Below are positions 39,191 through 48,911 of a stretch of DNA of 64,000 bases, one piece after another; position 1 is the stretch's first letter; the number at the start of each line of letters is the position of its first letter. A program made the translations under genes and the position numbers. The stretch is from Patescibacteria group bacterium (GTDB taxonomy: Bacteria; Patescibacteriota; UBA1384; UBA12157; JAENIV01): NCBI GenBank assembly GCA_041666185.1, contig JBAYHL010000001.1, positions 69,073 to 133,072 of the forward strand, read 5' to 3'. Below the pieces are notes generated by a model, which saw only the letters and a program-made list of their open reading frames with translations, had not been told where the DNA came from and ran no database searches.

Positions 39191-39931
39191 TTACGGCCAA
39201 ACAGCACGAACACCAGTAATGTCACCCAAACCAAGGGTGTCTTTTTTTAATTCACTTCTACTTGCGTAGCCATACATTGTTAAGTCCTTAGAACCAGAAT
39301 CGTACAAATCTCCCAAACCCATCCAATGTCCAAATTCATGAGTGGCAATATCTCTCAAATCAAAAGCACCTTTCTTACCATTACAATCATTTTGTCCATT
39401 GTAACCAGTATAAGCCCACGAGTAACGACGATTAAAAATCGTATCAGCATCTTTTAGTCGACCGTGACCGTCTGTCCAAATATAGGTAACTGCAACATAA
39501 GATGCTGGCAAATTGCGCCAAAAAATTGCGTTTTGACCATCGTCAGCAGGATTTGCAACAGAAGTCTCGCCTGCATTGTGAAAAAGAATTCCACCACCAG
39601 CACCTTGAAGATTAGAAAATGATAAATCGATAGAAGCTTCTGCCATTTGGCGAGAAACACCTACCGGCAAAGTATTAAAATTTACTCTGTAATCCGTAAT
39701 GCCGCTTTGTAATTTCCAACCACCCCAACCAAAATGATTAACTTGATCATTAGTTGTGCGAGTACAAACTTTGGGAATTGAATTATATTGAATAAGTACA
39801 TGCGGCGTTCCAATTTCTTTCATGGTCTCTTTTTCAATTTCAACGCTAGAAGCACCTGTTTTAATCGGAAAAACAATTACAGTTACAATTAACAAAATCA
39901 GTCCTAACCCCCAAAAAATACTTTTTTTCAA
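39191..39931 (-). CDS. Secreted zinc metalloprotease, snapalysin-like (HEFGHWMGLGD)
   Basis: Signal peptide and an HExxHxxGxxD motif. Confidence 0.55.
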   Translation of the reverse strand: MKKSIFWGLGLILLIVTVIVFPIKTGASSVEIEKETMKEIGTPHVLIQYNSIPKVCTRTTNDQVNHFGWGGWKLQSGITDYRVNFNTLPVGVSRQMAEASIDLSFSNLQGAGGGILFHNAGETSVANPADDGQNAIFWRNLPASYVAVTYIWTDGHGRLKDADTIFNRRYSWAYTGYNGQNDCNGKKGAFDLRDIATHEFGHWMGLGDLYDSGSKDLTMYGYASRSELKKDTLGLGDITGVRAVWP

Positions 39932-40011
39932 AAACCCTCCTTAAATAAATCTCTTTTGTATAAGCATAGCTAATTTAAAAGAAAGTTTCAATTTCATTTT
40001 CCTCCAATCTA

Positions 40012-40641
40012 TTACGGATAAATGTCTCCCCTAAATAAATATTTGCCATTAAAAATCATTGGCAGAGGTGTTTTGTCATCGGGATTTGGACCAGGTCGAT
40101 ATGCCATCAAGTGCAAATGCGGGAAATCGGAAGCACCGCTATTGCCAATCAAGCCAATCTGCTGATCAACAGTGACAATATCACCCACTTTCACCAAAAT
40201 TGAATCTTTTTTGAAGTGAACTAGCATCACATTAAATTGACCACAATCAATGAGGATGCGGTTTGCTTCAATTTCATTGCCTCTTGTGCCAATTGGCATG
40301 TCGGGGAAACCATCGATAACTTTTTCAACATTACCATTACAAGGACTATAAACTGGCGTGCCAAAAGTTGGGTTAGATTCCAACCCGGATTGGCGAAATT
40401 TAAAGAAATCACTCAGTTTTACCTGTTTGGCAATATCAAGAGCATATTTTTCAGGCGGCTGAGTGTGAGTACTCCCATTTGGCCCGGATTGAATTGCTTG
40501 AAACGAGCCATCTTTCAAAGGAAATTCCAAACTCACAGCACCATCTGGTACTTTCATTGATTTACGCTTTTCAATCTTGAAAACATAATAAGCACCGCAG
40601 ATAACTGCCAATACCAAAACAATAAAAAGTACTTTTTTCAT
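40012..40641 (-). CDS. M23 family peptidase (LytM-like)
   Basis: Signal anchor with HxxxD and HLH-like motifs (FPHLHLM). Confidence 0.7.
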   Translation of the reverse strand: MKKVLFIVLVLAVICGAYYVFKIEKRKSMKVPDGAVSLEFPLKDGSFQAIQSGPNGSTHTQPPEKYALDIAKQVKLSDFFKFRQSGLESNPTFGTPVYSPCNGNVEKVIDGFPDMPIGTRGNEIEANRILIDCGQFNVMLVHFKKDSILVKVGDIVTVDQQIGLIGNSGASDFPHLHLMAYRPGPNPDDKTPLPMIFNGKYLFRGDIYP

Positions 40642-40657
40642 ATTTTCCTTTCAAGGA

Positions 40658-40729
40658 AAATTCCGCGACAAGCAATCTTGTCTATAATTTCGTCAGAAAT
40701 TTCCGCGACAAGCAATCTTGTCTATAATT
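40658..40729 (+). promoter_or_regulatory. Tandem 32-bp direct repeats, each with the palindrome GACAAGCAATCTTGTC and a TATAAT box, joined by the palindrome AATTTCGTCAGAAATT; candidate tandem promoter/operator
   Basis: Copy 1 is at 40658-40689 and copy 2 at 40697-40729. The reverse complement contains CGCGGAAATTTCTGACGAAATTATA, which belongs to the dispersed repeat family. Confidence 0.55.
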
Positions 40730-40825
40730 ATATTTTAACACAAAAAAGGTTATACTATAAACGAGTTAATCTTATTGTTAGCATGGATGTAGAATAAAAT
40801 GATAGTAATAATAAAGGAGGATTTT

Positions 40826-41065
40826 ATGACAAAGTGGACCTTTGTTTCCAAATTAAGGTTAATTGTTGCGGGGATAATCTCGGTTCTTTTAGTATTTTAC
40901 GCTTTTAATTTTGTGCCGCGAAATATTAACACTATCGCAAACAGAACTTTGGGAATAAAAATTTTTGATTATATATTAAATTTTGTTATTTTCTTCGTGG
41001 TTATCTATCTTGTTTCCTGTTTGCTTACCTATATTTACCAAAAACTGTTCACGCACTCAAAATAA
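40826..41065 (+). CDS. Small membrane protein (hypothetical)
   Basis: RBS AAAGGAGG. Confidence 0.35.
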   Translation: MTKWTFVSKLRLIVAGIISVLLVFYAFNFVPRNINTIANRTLGIKIFDYILNFVIFFVVIYLVSCLLTYIYQKLFTHSK

Positions 41066-41245
41066 TCAAGACTTAGACCTCTTAGGGGACGGTTCTCTTT
41101 TTAAGGTAAAATTTCGCTTTTTCGCTAATCACCCCCACACTCATGGGGTGTTGATTTTTGATCTAAAATCTGCTAACTTAATGAGGATTAGCACGACTCT
41201 TTGTTTTTTCTTAACATAAAAAAAGAGGTGTTGTTCTTGAAAATC

Positions 41246-41683
41246 ATGACACTTACAAAAAACGATCGCGACAAGATCGTTGAAGAAGCTTACAAGTTTT
41301 TGAATACACCTTATTGTCTTTGTGGTGATGGTAAAAATACTTTTAATTGCAGTCAATTCATAGTTTCCGTCATTAAGAATGCATTAAATGTAGATTTACC
41401 AGCAAAAGTTGATTGGCTCTATCTTGTTTCATCAATTGTAAAACCTGAAAATCTCCAAGCAGGAGATTTGGTTTTCTTTTGCCGTCAACCAAGACCTACG
41501 GGGAGAATCGCCACCCATGTTGCAATATTTGTTGGTGACAAAAAAATTATCCATGCCCGTCAACGAGCAGGCAAAGTGGTAATAGAAGCAATAGAAGATT
41601 TTTCAGAAACGCTCATCACGTCTAAAGATCCCAATGAGTTGCATCAATGGTTGGAAGAAATTATATCTCTAACAAGGTCATGA
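41246..41683 (+). CDS. NlpC/P60 (C40) family peptidase
   Basis: A Cys...His...His arrangement (FNCSQF, HVAIFVG, IIHA). Confidence 0.65.
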   Translation: MTLTKNDRDKIVEEAYKFLNTPYCLCGDGKNTFNCSQFIVSVIKNALNVDLPAKVDWLYLVSSIVKPENLQAGDLVFFCRQPRPTGRIATHVAIFVGDKKIIHARQRAGKVVIEAIEDFSETLITSKDPNELHQWLEEIISLTRS

Positions 41684-41840
41684 AAAATTCATGACCTTTT
41701 ATTTAAAATAAATTTTTAATAATTATAAAAAAACCAGACAAACTGGTGCATTTTCATTAACTTTCAAAAAGAGGGCCTGGCGGGTCACTATTTTAAAAAT
41801 GTTAAGAGATGATCAATACTGGAAGGTGCTAAAGCCAAAG

Positions 41841-42449
41841 CTAGATTCTATTCAAGTTTTTGGAAAATAAGATCTTCCTGCAAGTACAGTAATTTCCAAG
41901 ATGACAAAGAGCAAGTGTTGAAGCGGTAAAATTGATAGGCGTATTTATGTCATCTAATTTGCCAAAACCAATCGTTATATGAGGATTAAAATTATTAAAA
42001 CTCGACTTTTTAGCATAATTTTTAATCCAGCAAAGGGTAATTTCTTCGACGGCTGGTGGAGAAAAAACTGTATTTATTGAAATATCGTATAATAGAAATG
42101 GTTTTAACTTTGTCATAACTATTTCGTGCAGTGATTGTAGTTCTGGCGCTTTCTTTATTATAAATTCTGAAACGATTTCTTTAGACGGAATTGTGTTGTC
42201 GTGATAAGTATCAGCTATTAGTTCAAATGTATGAAATTTAGAAGCAATGTCTTGTAGCGTTTTCGTAACTTTTTGTAAATCACTTTCTTTAATTCCTCCC
42301 ATTGCTAAAGAAATGTGTGGCAAGCAGTTTTCTTTATTTAATATAATTTTGCCACTAAATTTCTTAAATTGTCGCCTACTTATTCCAACAGCTTGATTGG
42401 TCATAGAATTATCTGGAAGCAACACAACGTCAATTGCAATTTTTGACAT
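41841..42449 (-). CDS. 2H phosphoesterase / RNA 2',3'-cyclic phosphodiesterase (LigT-like)
   Basis: Two HxS/TxS-type motifs (PHISLA, PHITIG). Confidence 0.65.
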   Translation of the reverse strand: MSKIAIDVVLLPDNSMTNQAVGISRRQFKKFSGKIILNKENCLPHISLAMGGIKESDLQKVTKTLQDIASKFHTFELIADTYHDNTIPSKEIVSEFIIKKAPELQSLHEIVMTKLKPFLLYDISINTVFSPPAVEEITLCWIKNYAKKSSFNNFNPHITIGFGKLDDINTPINFTASTLALCHLGNYCTCRKILFSKNLNRI

Positions 42450-42571
42450 ATGGTTTCTGTTTCTAAAATTATTTTTTCTTGAGTTATAACTATTTAGCTA
42501 TACTAAAAAATCGCCGGAAAAGCGATATTTTTAATTATGTAATTATATAAATTTACACTTTAGGATATTAA

Positions 42572-42643
42572 AGGGCCTGGTGAGGATCGAACTCACGACA
42601 AATTGCTTAAGAGGCAATCGCTCTACCACTGAGCTACAGGCCC
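42572..42643 (-). tRNA. tRNA-Lys (anticodon CTT)
   Basis: Cloverleaf read by hand. The anticodon loop is CTCTTAA and the T-arm GTGAGTTCGATCCTCAC. Confidence 0.8.
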
Positions 42644-42719
42644 TGGCGCCCCTGGAGGGAATCGAACCCCCAACCTTGACGTTAGAACCGTCCTGCTCTG
42701 TCCGTTGAGCTACAGGGGC
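42644..42719 (-). tRNA. tRNA-Arg (anticodon TCT), CCA encoded
   Basis: The acceptor is GCCCCTG/CAGGGGC, the anticodon loop GTTCTAA and the T-arm GGGGGTTCGATTCCCTC. It abuts tRNA-Lys with no spacer. Confidence 0.75.
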
Positions 42720-42870
42720 CAAAACTAGTTTGATTATAAGCGAAGCTTGTAAGCTAGACTTAATAATCTAATTATAACAGATTTAAAAGCATTTTTAAAG
42801 AGTTTGTATTCATCTTTTCTGGTCTATGTTACGATAAATATATGGCTGCTAGAAAAATTATTTTATAAAT

Positions 42871-43674
42871 TTAAGTTGTAATATCTCGTCTGGTAAAAAT
42901 AACGAGTCCTAAAATAAAAAATACTATCGATACACCCAAAAAAACCACATAAGACCAGTGGTCTATTTGGTTATGAATTAAAGCCTTACCAGGATTAAAA
43001 TAATAGAAAAACGAAACATATTTCAAATCTGCCAAACTCTCTTTAATTACTGACAAAATATTTAAAACATACATTAAAACCAAAAGTCCGCCAGTTATAA
43101 AGAAAACTTTACCTTTATCCGAAAAAATTGCCGACATTACAAAGGCAACACTAAAAACACTTAGGCCAAACATAAAACCTAAAAGAGCAATTGTCGCAAA
43201 ATTATTTGCCTTAAAAGTAATATTATAAGCATCAGCGAGCGGAATAGCTGAAAAAATAGTGAAAACCACAAAAACTGCTAGCATTGCTAGCCCTGCCAGA
43301 TACCTACCAATGAATAATTTTGCTCTAGAAATAGGTTGTGAAAGTAAAATTTCAATTGTTCCAGTCTCAATTTCATTGGCAATACTTCCCCCGGCAAAAC
43401 TAACTAACATAAAAATAAGCATTATCGGCCACATGAGAGAGAATTGTTCAGTTGACAAATATCCTTCCAGGGTTGTAAAAGATTTAATTTCAAAATTAAA
43501 AGCCTTTAAAAATGATTCTGGATAATTCTTGATTAATTGTTCTAAACTAGCTGATTGATCTTTAAAAGACGGGAATAAAGCAATATACATCCAAAGTAAA
43601 GCAATGCCTGAAATAATATAAATAAGCGTGACGACTCTTCTGTCTCTAATTGTTCGCCAAAAAATTGTCCACAT
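42871..43674 (-). CDS. ABC-2 type transporter permease
   Basis: Six TM helices, translationally coupled to the ATPase gene. Confidence 0.65.
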   Translation of the reverse strand: MWTIFWRTIRDRRVVTLIYIISGIALLWMYIALFPSFKDQSASLEQLIKNYPESFLKAFNFEIKSFTTLEGYLSTEQFSLMWPIMLIFMLVSFAGGSIANEIETGTIEILLSQPISRAKLFIGRYLAGLAMLAVFVVFTIFSAIPLADAYNITFKANNFATIALLGFMFGLSVFSVAFVMSAIFSDKGKVFFITGGLLVLMYVLNILSVIKESLADLKYVSFFYYFNPGKALIHNQIDHWSYVVFLGVSIVFFILGLVIFTRRDITT

Positions 43675-43676
43675 TT

Positions 43677-44657
43677 TTACTCCAATTTTGGTACCGCTAA
43701 CAGGTCTTCATCGTTACTTTTTTCTAAACTAGTGGAAACATTGATTCCAGAATGATTATAGGCCTCCGGCCGCGGAAATTTCTGACCGGAATTATAAAAC
43801 TCTAAGAAAATTTCTTCCAAACTAGCGTGAGAAATCTCCAATTCTTTAATATTATAATTGGCCAATTTTCTAACCAAAGGGTTAATATCACCCTTAACTC
43901 CTAGTTCCAAGCCATTTGGCAACTCTTTTTGAATTTGCACGCCATCAAAAACAAAATCTTGTCGCACAAGCGGGCTATTGAAATAAACTCTTACCGTGTG
44001 CATTCTTTTGTCTTTTAGTTCTTGAATGCTCTCAATCGTTAATAATTTGCCATCTTTAATAATACCTACTCGATCACAAAGACGATCAACTTCAGCCATG
44101 TTATGAGAAGACATAAAAACAGTTGTACCTTTTTTCTGAGACTCTTCTAAAATTTCATAAATTTTATTTTGCAAAAGTGGGTCTAAACCAACTGTTGGTT
44201 CATCCATAATAATTAGCTCCGGTTCAAACATTAAAGATAAAATGAGACCTAATTTTTGTTTATTACCAGAAGAAAGAGATTTAAACTTGATCTTCGGATT
44301 TAAATTTAAATCAGCAACAAGCTTTTGGGCAATAGATTTTTTTCCTCTAAGACCTTCTAAGAAATTAATATGTTCTTCACCAGTCCAACCACCATAAAGC
44401 CTAACATCTCCAGAAAGATAGCCAAGTTTTTCTTTAATCCCAATTTGGCCATTGTTCGCATTTAATCCGAGTAATTTAACACTGCCTACAGTCGGGCGTA
44501 AAAAATCCATTAGACAACGAATTGTTGTGGTTTTTCCGGCCCCATTTGGACCTAAAAATCCAAAAATCTCACCTTTTTCGACCGAAAAAGAAATATCGTC
44601 AACTGCCCGAACTTTGTTAAAATATTTTTTTAAATTTTGTACTTCAATTACATTCAT
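43677..44657 (-). CDS. ABC transporter ATP-binding protein (C-terminal tail overlaps a dispersed repeat element)
   Basis: GPNGAGKTT, LSSGNKQK and IIMDEPT motifs. The start is set at MNVIEVQN, because the longer ORF-track start overlaps the upstream gene. The last about 40 codons run through the repeat at 43750-43792. Confidence 0.8.
   Translation of the reverse strand: MNVIEVQNLKKYFNKVRAVDDISFSVEKGEIFGFLGPNGAGKTTTIRCLMDFLRPTVGSVKLLGLNANNGQIGIKEKLGYLSGDVRLYGGWTGEEHINFLEGLRGKKSIAQKLVADLNLNPKIKFKSLSSGNKQKLGLILSLMFEPELIIMDEPTVGLDPLLQNKIYEILEESQKKGTTVFMSSHNMAEVDRLCDRVGIIKDGKLLTIESIQELKDKRMHTVRVYFNSPLVRQDFVFDGVQIQKELPNGLELGVKGDINPLVRKLANYNIKELEISHASLEEIFLEFYNSGQKFPRPEAYNHSGINVSTSLEKSNDEDLLAVPKLE
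43750..43792 (+). repeat. Dispersed palindromic repeat element copy B (ATTATAGGCCTCCGGCCGCGGAAATTTCTGACCGGAATTATA)
   Basis: Compare with 36040-36079. Confidence 0.6.
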
Positions 44658-44659
44658 TG

Positions 44660-47110
44660 TTAAATCTTTTTCCTCTCGATGTATTTTACCATCTCGATCC
44701 AAGCTGTGGCAATAATTGCTACGGAAAATACCGCTAACCAATGACCAAATTTTAACGGTACAGTTTCAAGTAAACGATTAAAAAATGGTACATAAATAGC
44801 AATCGCAATCAGCAAAAACCCATAGATTACACCAAAAATTAAATAAATATTATCAAAAAGATCACGTAAAGCAAAGATTGATCTTTTTAAATTTTTAAAC
44901 GAAAAAATGTAGACAAGACTAACTGAACCAACTGTGGCGAAAGCAATTGTTCTAGCTAATTCAAGATTATTAGTTTGTTTTTCAAAATACCAAAAAAGTC
45001 CAAGAGCCAATATGCCAATAACAAAACTCACTGAAAAAATTAAAACTTTCATTGAAGGACTCAAAATGCTTTCTTTTTGGATTTCTTGTGGTGTTCTTTC
45101 CATAATACCTTCTTCTTTTGGTTCAAAACCTAGCAAGATGTCTGGTGGACCATCACAAATTAAGTGAACCCATAAAATTTGAACAATTAATAAAGGTGTT
45201 TGAAAACCCAGAATCATTGCCCCAAAAATTAAAACTATTTCCGCAAAAGAATTCGATAAAACATAACCCACGACTTTTTTAATGTTTGATAAAATTAACC
45301 TACCTTCTTCGCAAGCAGCAATGATCGTTTTAAAATTACTGTCTAAAAGAATTAAGTCACTAGCTTCTTTGGAAACATCTGTCGCATTATTAACCGTTAC
45401 GCCAATATTAGCTTTTTTCAAAGCAGGCGCGTCGTTAACACCGTCACCAGTCATGGCTACTATCTCGCCTTTTTCCTGTAAAACTTGAACAATTTTTAAT
45501 TTTTGATGTGGCAAAACTCGACTGAATAAAACTATTTTGTCGATTCGATTTTTCAATTCCTCATCAGACATTTTTTCCAAATCATCACCTTCTAAAATAT
45601 TTTCGTCACTCAAATTAAAGCCTAATGCCGTTGCCACCTTTTCGGCAGTTTTTCGATAATCACCAGTAATAATTTTAATCTTTATACCTGCTTTTTGTGC
45701 ATAAGCAATTGCTTCTTTTGCCTCAGGCCTAACAGGATCCTGAATACCAACCAATCCCAACCAAATAAAATTCTTTTTATCAAAACCATCTTCTTCCTTA
45801 TAAGCCAACCCTAAGATTCTCAAGCCCTCACTCGCCCATAGGTCAATTTTTTTCATAATCTTTTCTTGATCTTTGTTATTAAGATTACAAAAAGAAATAA
45901 TTTTTTCCGGTGCGCCCATGAGATGAGAGATTTTCTTTCCATCGACATAATTAACACTCATTGAATATTTTTTTTCACTATCAAATGGCTCTTCGTCAAT
46001 TTTTTCATATTTATCATATATTTCTTGTGGATTAAATTTATTTGCTTGCTTTACATAATCCCAAAGGGCAATTTCTAAATTTGTTTTTTGTTCATTATCA
46101 AGAGTCATTACCAACAAGCTTTTGTCCAAATCAGAACTATCAAGTTTGACCACTTTCATATTGCCTTCTGTTAAAGTGCCTGTTTTATCGGTACAAATAA
46201 CCGAAGTAGAACCTAAAGTTTCAATTGATAAAAGTTTTCTAACCAATCCGTTTCTTTTTAAAATTTTTCTCATCCCTAAAGCTAGGATTACTGTTAAAGC
46301 AATTGGTAAAGCCTCAGGCATTGCCGCAATCGATAAAATAATAGCGACTTTCAAAGTTTCCCAAATATTATTACCATAAAAAACACCAACCAAAAAAATA
46401 AGAAGACAAACAATCAAAATTATCGCTGCTAAACCATTAATAAAAGAACCGAGTCTTTTTTGTAGAGGTGTTTCAGTTTCTTCAATATCCCCAAGACTTT
46501 GGCCAATTTTACCCATTTCAGTCAATTTACCAATTTTTTCAATCTTCATTATCCCCTTGCCTGAAACAATCGTTGTCCCCATAAATAAATTTGGACTACC
46601 AATTTCAAATTTCGGTATTGCTTCTTCTTCACCGGTTATAATTGATTCATTAACTAAAATTTTATTGCCATCGACTAGAGCACCATCTGCCGGTACTCGA
46701 TCACCGGCATTTAAAATAACGTAATCGCCAGGTACTAATTCCTGAGCATCGACTGTATATCTTTTACCATCGCGAACCACTAAAGCTTCTGGTTTGAGTA
46801 TTTTTTGCAATGCCTGCAAAGTTCTATGAGCACTGTATTCCTGATAAAATCCCATTAAAACATTTACTATCAAAACTGACAGCGCTAAACCACCATCAAT
46901 TTTTTCACCTAATAAAAATGACGCTAAAGCAACCAATAGTAAAATATAAATCATTGGTGATTTAAGCTGAGCCCAAAGTATTGTAGCCCAAGAAATTTCT
47001 TTTTTAGCCGAAAGAATATTTTTGCCAAATTGACGATGTAAATTCAAAACTTCTTCCGAAGAAAGACCATTAATTTTCTTCATTGCAATTACCTCCTTTT
47101 TTTGATTCAA
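44660..47110 (-). CDS. Cation-transporting P-type ATPase (P2-type, Ca2+/Mg2+-like)
   Basis: DKTGTLT, TGDGVNDAPAL, PEAL and TGE motifs with 10 TM helices. Confidence 0.9.
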   Translation of the reverse strand: MNQKKEVIAMKKINGLSSEEVLNLHRQFGKNILSAKKEISWATILWAQLKSPMIYILLLVALASFLLGEKIDGGLALSVLIVNVLMGFYQEYSAHRTLQALQKILKPEALVVRDGKRYTVDAQELVPGDYVILNAGDRVPADGALVDGNKILVNESIITGEEEAIPKFEIGSPNLFMGTTIVSGKGIMKIEKIGKLTEMGKIGQSLGDIEETETPLQKRLGSFINGLAAIILIVCLLIFLVGVFYGNNIWETLKVAIILSIAAMPEALPIALTVILALGMRKILKRNGLVRKLLSIETLGSTSVICTDKTGTLTEGNMKVVKLDSSDLDKSLLVMTLDNEQKTNLEIALWDYVKQANKFNPQEIYDKYEKIDEEPFDSEKKYSMSVNYVDGKKISHLMGAPEKIISFCNLNNKDQEKIMKKIDLWASEGLRILGLAYKEEDGFDKKNFIWLGLVGIQDPVRPEAKEAIAYAQKAGIKIKIITGDYRKTAEKVATALGFNLSDENILEGDDLEKMSDEELKNRIDKIVLFSRVLPHQKLKIVQVLQEKGEIVAMTGDGVNDAPALKKANIGVTVNNATDVSKEASDLILLDSNFKTIIAACEEGRLILSNIKKVVGYVLSNSFAEIVLIFGAMILGFQTPLLIVQILWVHLICDGPPDILLGFEPKEEGIMERTPQEIQKESILSPSMKVLIFSVSFVIGILALGLFWYFEKQTNNLELARTIAFATVGSVSLVYIFSFKNLKRSIFALRDLFDNIYLIFGVIYGFLLIAIAIYVPFFNRLLETVPLKFGHWLAVFSVAIIATAWIEMVKYIERKKI

Positions 47111-47168
47111 ACGAATTAGAACAATTACTATTATATAACAATCTTACTAAATTGAGGCTATTAGTTTT

Positions 47169-47414
47169 TTATTTTCGTCTTTTTTTAAAAGTCTCTATCC
47201 ACATCAAAATAAGACCGCGATATTTTTTAGGCAAATATCGTAAAAATAATTGATCAACAAGACCAAGACCACCTAGAAGGAATATTCCCCAAAAGAAAAA
47301 AGGCCAACCAGGCAAAACTGGCAAAACTATACCTAGTACACCAATTGATATTAAAAAAACAGCAAAAATACGCTGCCAAAAATGAAATTTTTTAAGTTTT
47401 AATTTGTCTAACAC
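47169..47414 (-). CDS. Small membrane protein (hypothetical)
   Basis: ORF with two TM helices. Confidence 0.35.
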   Translation of the reverse strand: MLDKLKLKKFHFWQRIFAVFLISIGVLGIVLPVLPGWPFFFWGIFLLGGLGLVDQLFLRYLPKKYRGLILMWIETFKKRRK

Positions 47415-47473
47415 GATTTTTATTAATAAATCTAATTAGGAGTGGTCGACACGAATCGAACGTGTCTATTTCC

Positions 47474-47548
47474 TGTAACCACATGGGGCGACCAAGCGGA
47501 GTCGAACCGCTGACAGCAGGACCACAACCTGCAGTTTTGCCGCTAAAC
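47474..47548 (-). tRNA. tRNA-His (anticodon GTG) with encoded G-1 and CCA
   Basis: G-1 pairs with C73. The anticodon loop is TTGTGGT and the T-arm GCGGTTCGACTCCGC. Confidence 0.75.
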
Positions 47549-47609
47549 TATGGCCGCCATATTCTTTCGTTGTTTTAATTTTACCAAAATTGTCGCTTCT
47601 TCTCAAGAC

Positions 47610-48635
47610 CTATAACTTATTTCCTTGATTAAACAAATAATTCTCAGTTTCCAAAACAACTTTTACCATAACTTTAATTGCCTCGACCGGATAATCACCA
47701 ACAGCCGTTTCGTTAGAAAGCATAACAGCATCAGTCCCATCATAAACAGCATTGGCAATATCGGAAATTTCTGCACGAGTTGGAAAAGGCACTTTAGTCA
47801 TTGTTGAAAGCATATGGGTTGCTGTTACGACCGGTTTTTCGGCATAATTACATCTTTTAATAATCTGTTTTTGCAAAACCGGTAATTTTTCAATTGGCAA
47901 CTCTACCCCTAAATCACCACGAGCGACCATAATTCCATCAGAAGCTTGAATAATTGCGTTTATATTTTCAATTGCGTGAGCACGTTCAATTTTACACATT
48001 ACTTTCGCTTTTGATTTGCCAATAATCTGTTTTAATTCCTTAACGTCATCTTCCGTTTGAACAAAAGAAATCGCAATCCAATCAGGAGTTTGTGTCAAAA
48101 TAAATTCTAGATCTTTTCTATCCTTGTCGGTCAAAGAATTAGTTGTGGTTTTAGTTAAAGGCAAATTAACACCCTTTTTTGGATAAATATCGCCACCACA
48201 TAAAACTTTGCAGTGAATTTTGTGATTAACAACTTTTGTTACTGAAAGCTCAATCGAGCCATCATCAATAAGGATAATATCCCCTACGTTTACATCGGAA
48301 TGCACATAAGGATCCATAATTACTAACTCATTTGGTTCAATATCCTGACAAGCAGAGCTTGTTAAAATTACTTTTTGACCATCTTTAACTTTTCTTGGAG
48401 GATTAGCAAAATCGGCAATTCTAATTTTTGGACCTTGTAGGTCACAAAGAATTTGAACTTTTTTCTTAAGTTTTTTAGCCCATTTGCGAATTAACTTAAT
48501 TCTTTTTCCATGATTTTCATGGCTATCATGAGAAAAATTAAGTCGTGCGACATCCATACCATTTAAAATTAATTCACGAATTTTTTCTTCACTTTCGGTT
48601 TTTGGTCCAATTGTACAAATAATTTTTGTTCTCAA
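47610..48635 (-). CDS. pyk: Pyruvate kinase (short form lacking C-terminal regulatory domain)
   Basis: Motifs KIICTIGP, MVARGDLG and FDGTDAVMLS. Confidence 0.85.
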   Translation of the reverse strand: MRTKIICTIGPKTESEEKIRELILNGMDVARLNFSHDSHENHGKRIKLIRKWAKKLKKKVQILCDLQGPKIRIADFANPPRKVKDGQKVILTSSACQDIEPNELVIMDPYVHSDVNVGDIILIDDGSIELSVTKVVNHKIHCKVLCGGDIYPKKGVNLPLTKTTTNSLTDKDRKDLEFILTQTPDWIAISFVQTEDDVKELKQIIGKSKAKVMCKIERAHAIENINAIIQASDGIMVARGDLGVELPIEKLPVLQKQIIKRCNYAEKPVVTATHMLSTMTKVPFPTRAEISDIANAVYDGTDAVMLSNETAVGDYPVEAIKVMVKVVLETENYLFNQGNKL

Positions 48636-48697
48636 TGTTGCCTTTCTTAAAACAATTAAAAAATCAGCTTTTTGCTGAAATCATCAACTTAATATTT

Positions 48698-48773
48698 TGG
48701 TGCGCCCGGAGGGATTCGAACCCCCGACCTCTTCGTCCGAAGCGAAGCGCTCTAATCCACTGAGCTACGGGCG
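48698..48773 (-). tRNA. tRNA-Arg (anticodon TCG), CCA encoded
   Basis: The acceptor is GCGCCCG/CGGGCGC and the anticodon stem-loop CTTCG-CTTCGGA-CGAAG. Confidence 0.7.
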
Positions 48774-48831
48774 CGAACATAACAAGCGACCGTAACTTTA
48801 GAAAACAAAGACCTACGGACGTATTATTATG

Positions 48832-48902
48832 GAGCGGGTAAGGGGAATCGGACCCCTGTATCAAGTTTGGAAAACTCGCGCACTACCATTGTGCTATACC
48901 CG
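48832..48902 (-). tRNA. tRNA-Gly (anticodon TCC)
   Basis: The acceptor is GCGGGTA/TACCCGC and the anticodon loop TTTCCAA. Confidence 0.75.
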
Positions 48903-48911
48903 CAAAATGAT

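Noticed and set aside
40658-40729. Possible CRISPR array (two 32-bp repeats)
   Set aside because: There are only two units, with a 7-nt spacer far shorter than the repeat, and no cas genes. The internal palindromes and the TATAAT box fit promoter or operator sites instead.
44658-44741. Extended N-terminus of the ABC ATPase (MVSGIFRS...)
   Set aside because: It overlaps the end of the P-type ATPase gene and precedes the conserved ATPase start MNVIEVQN, which has its own RBS.
48664-48864. ORFs overlapping the tRNA-Arg/tRNA-Gly genes (also 49126-49344 and 56589-56918)
   Set aside because: They run through or antisense to hand-verified tRNA cloverleaves, and their translations are GC-rich artefacts.
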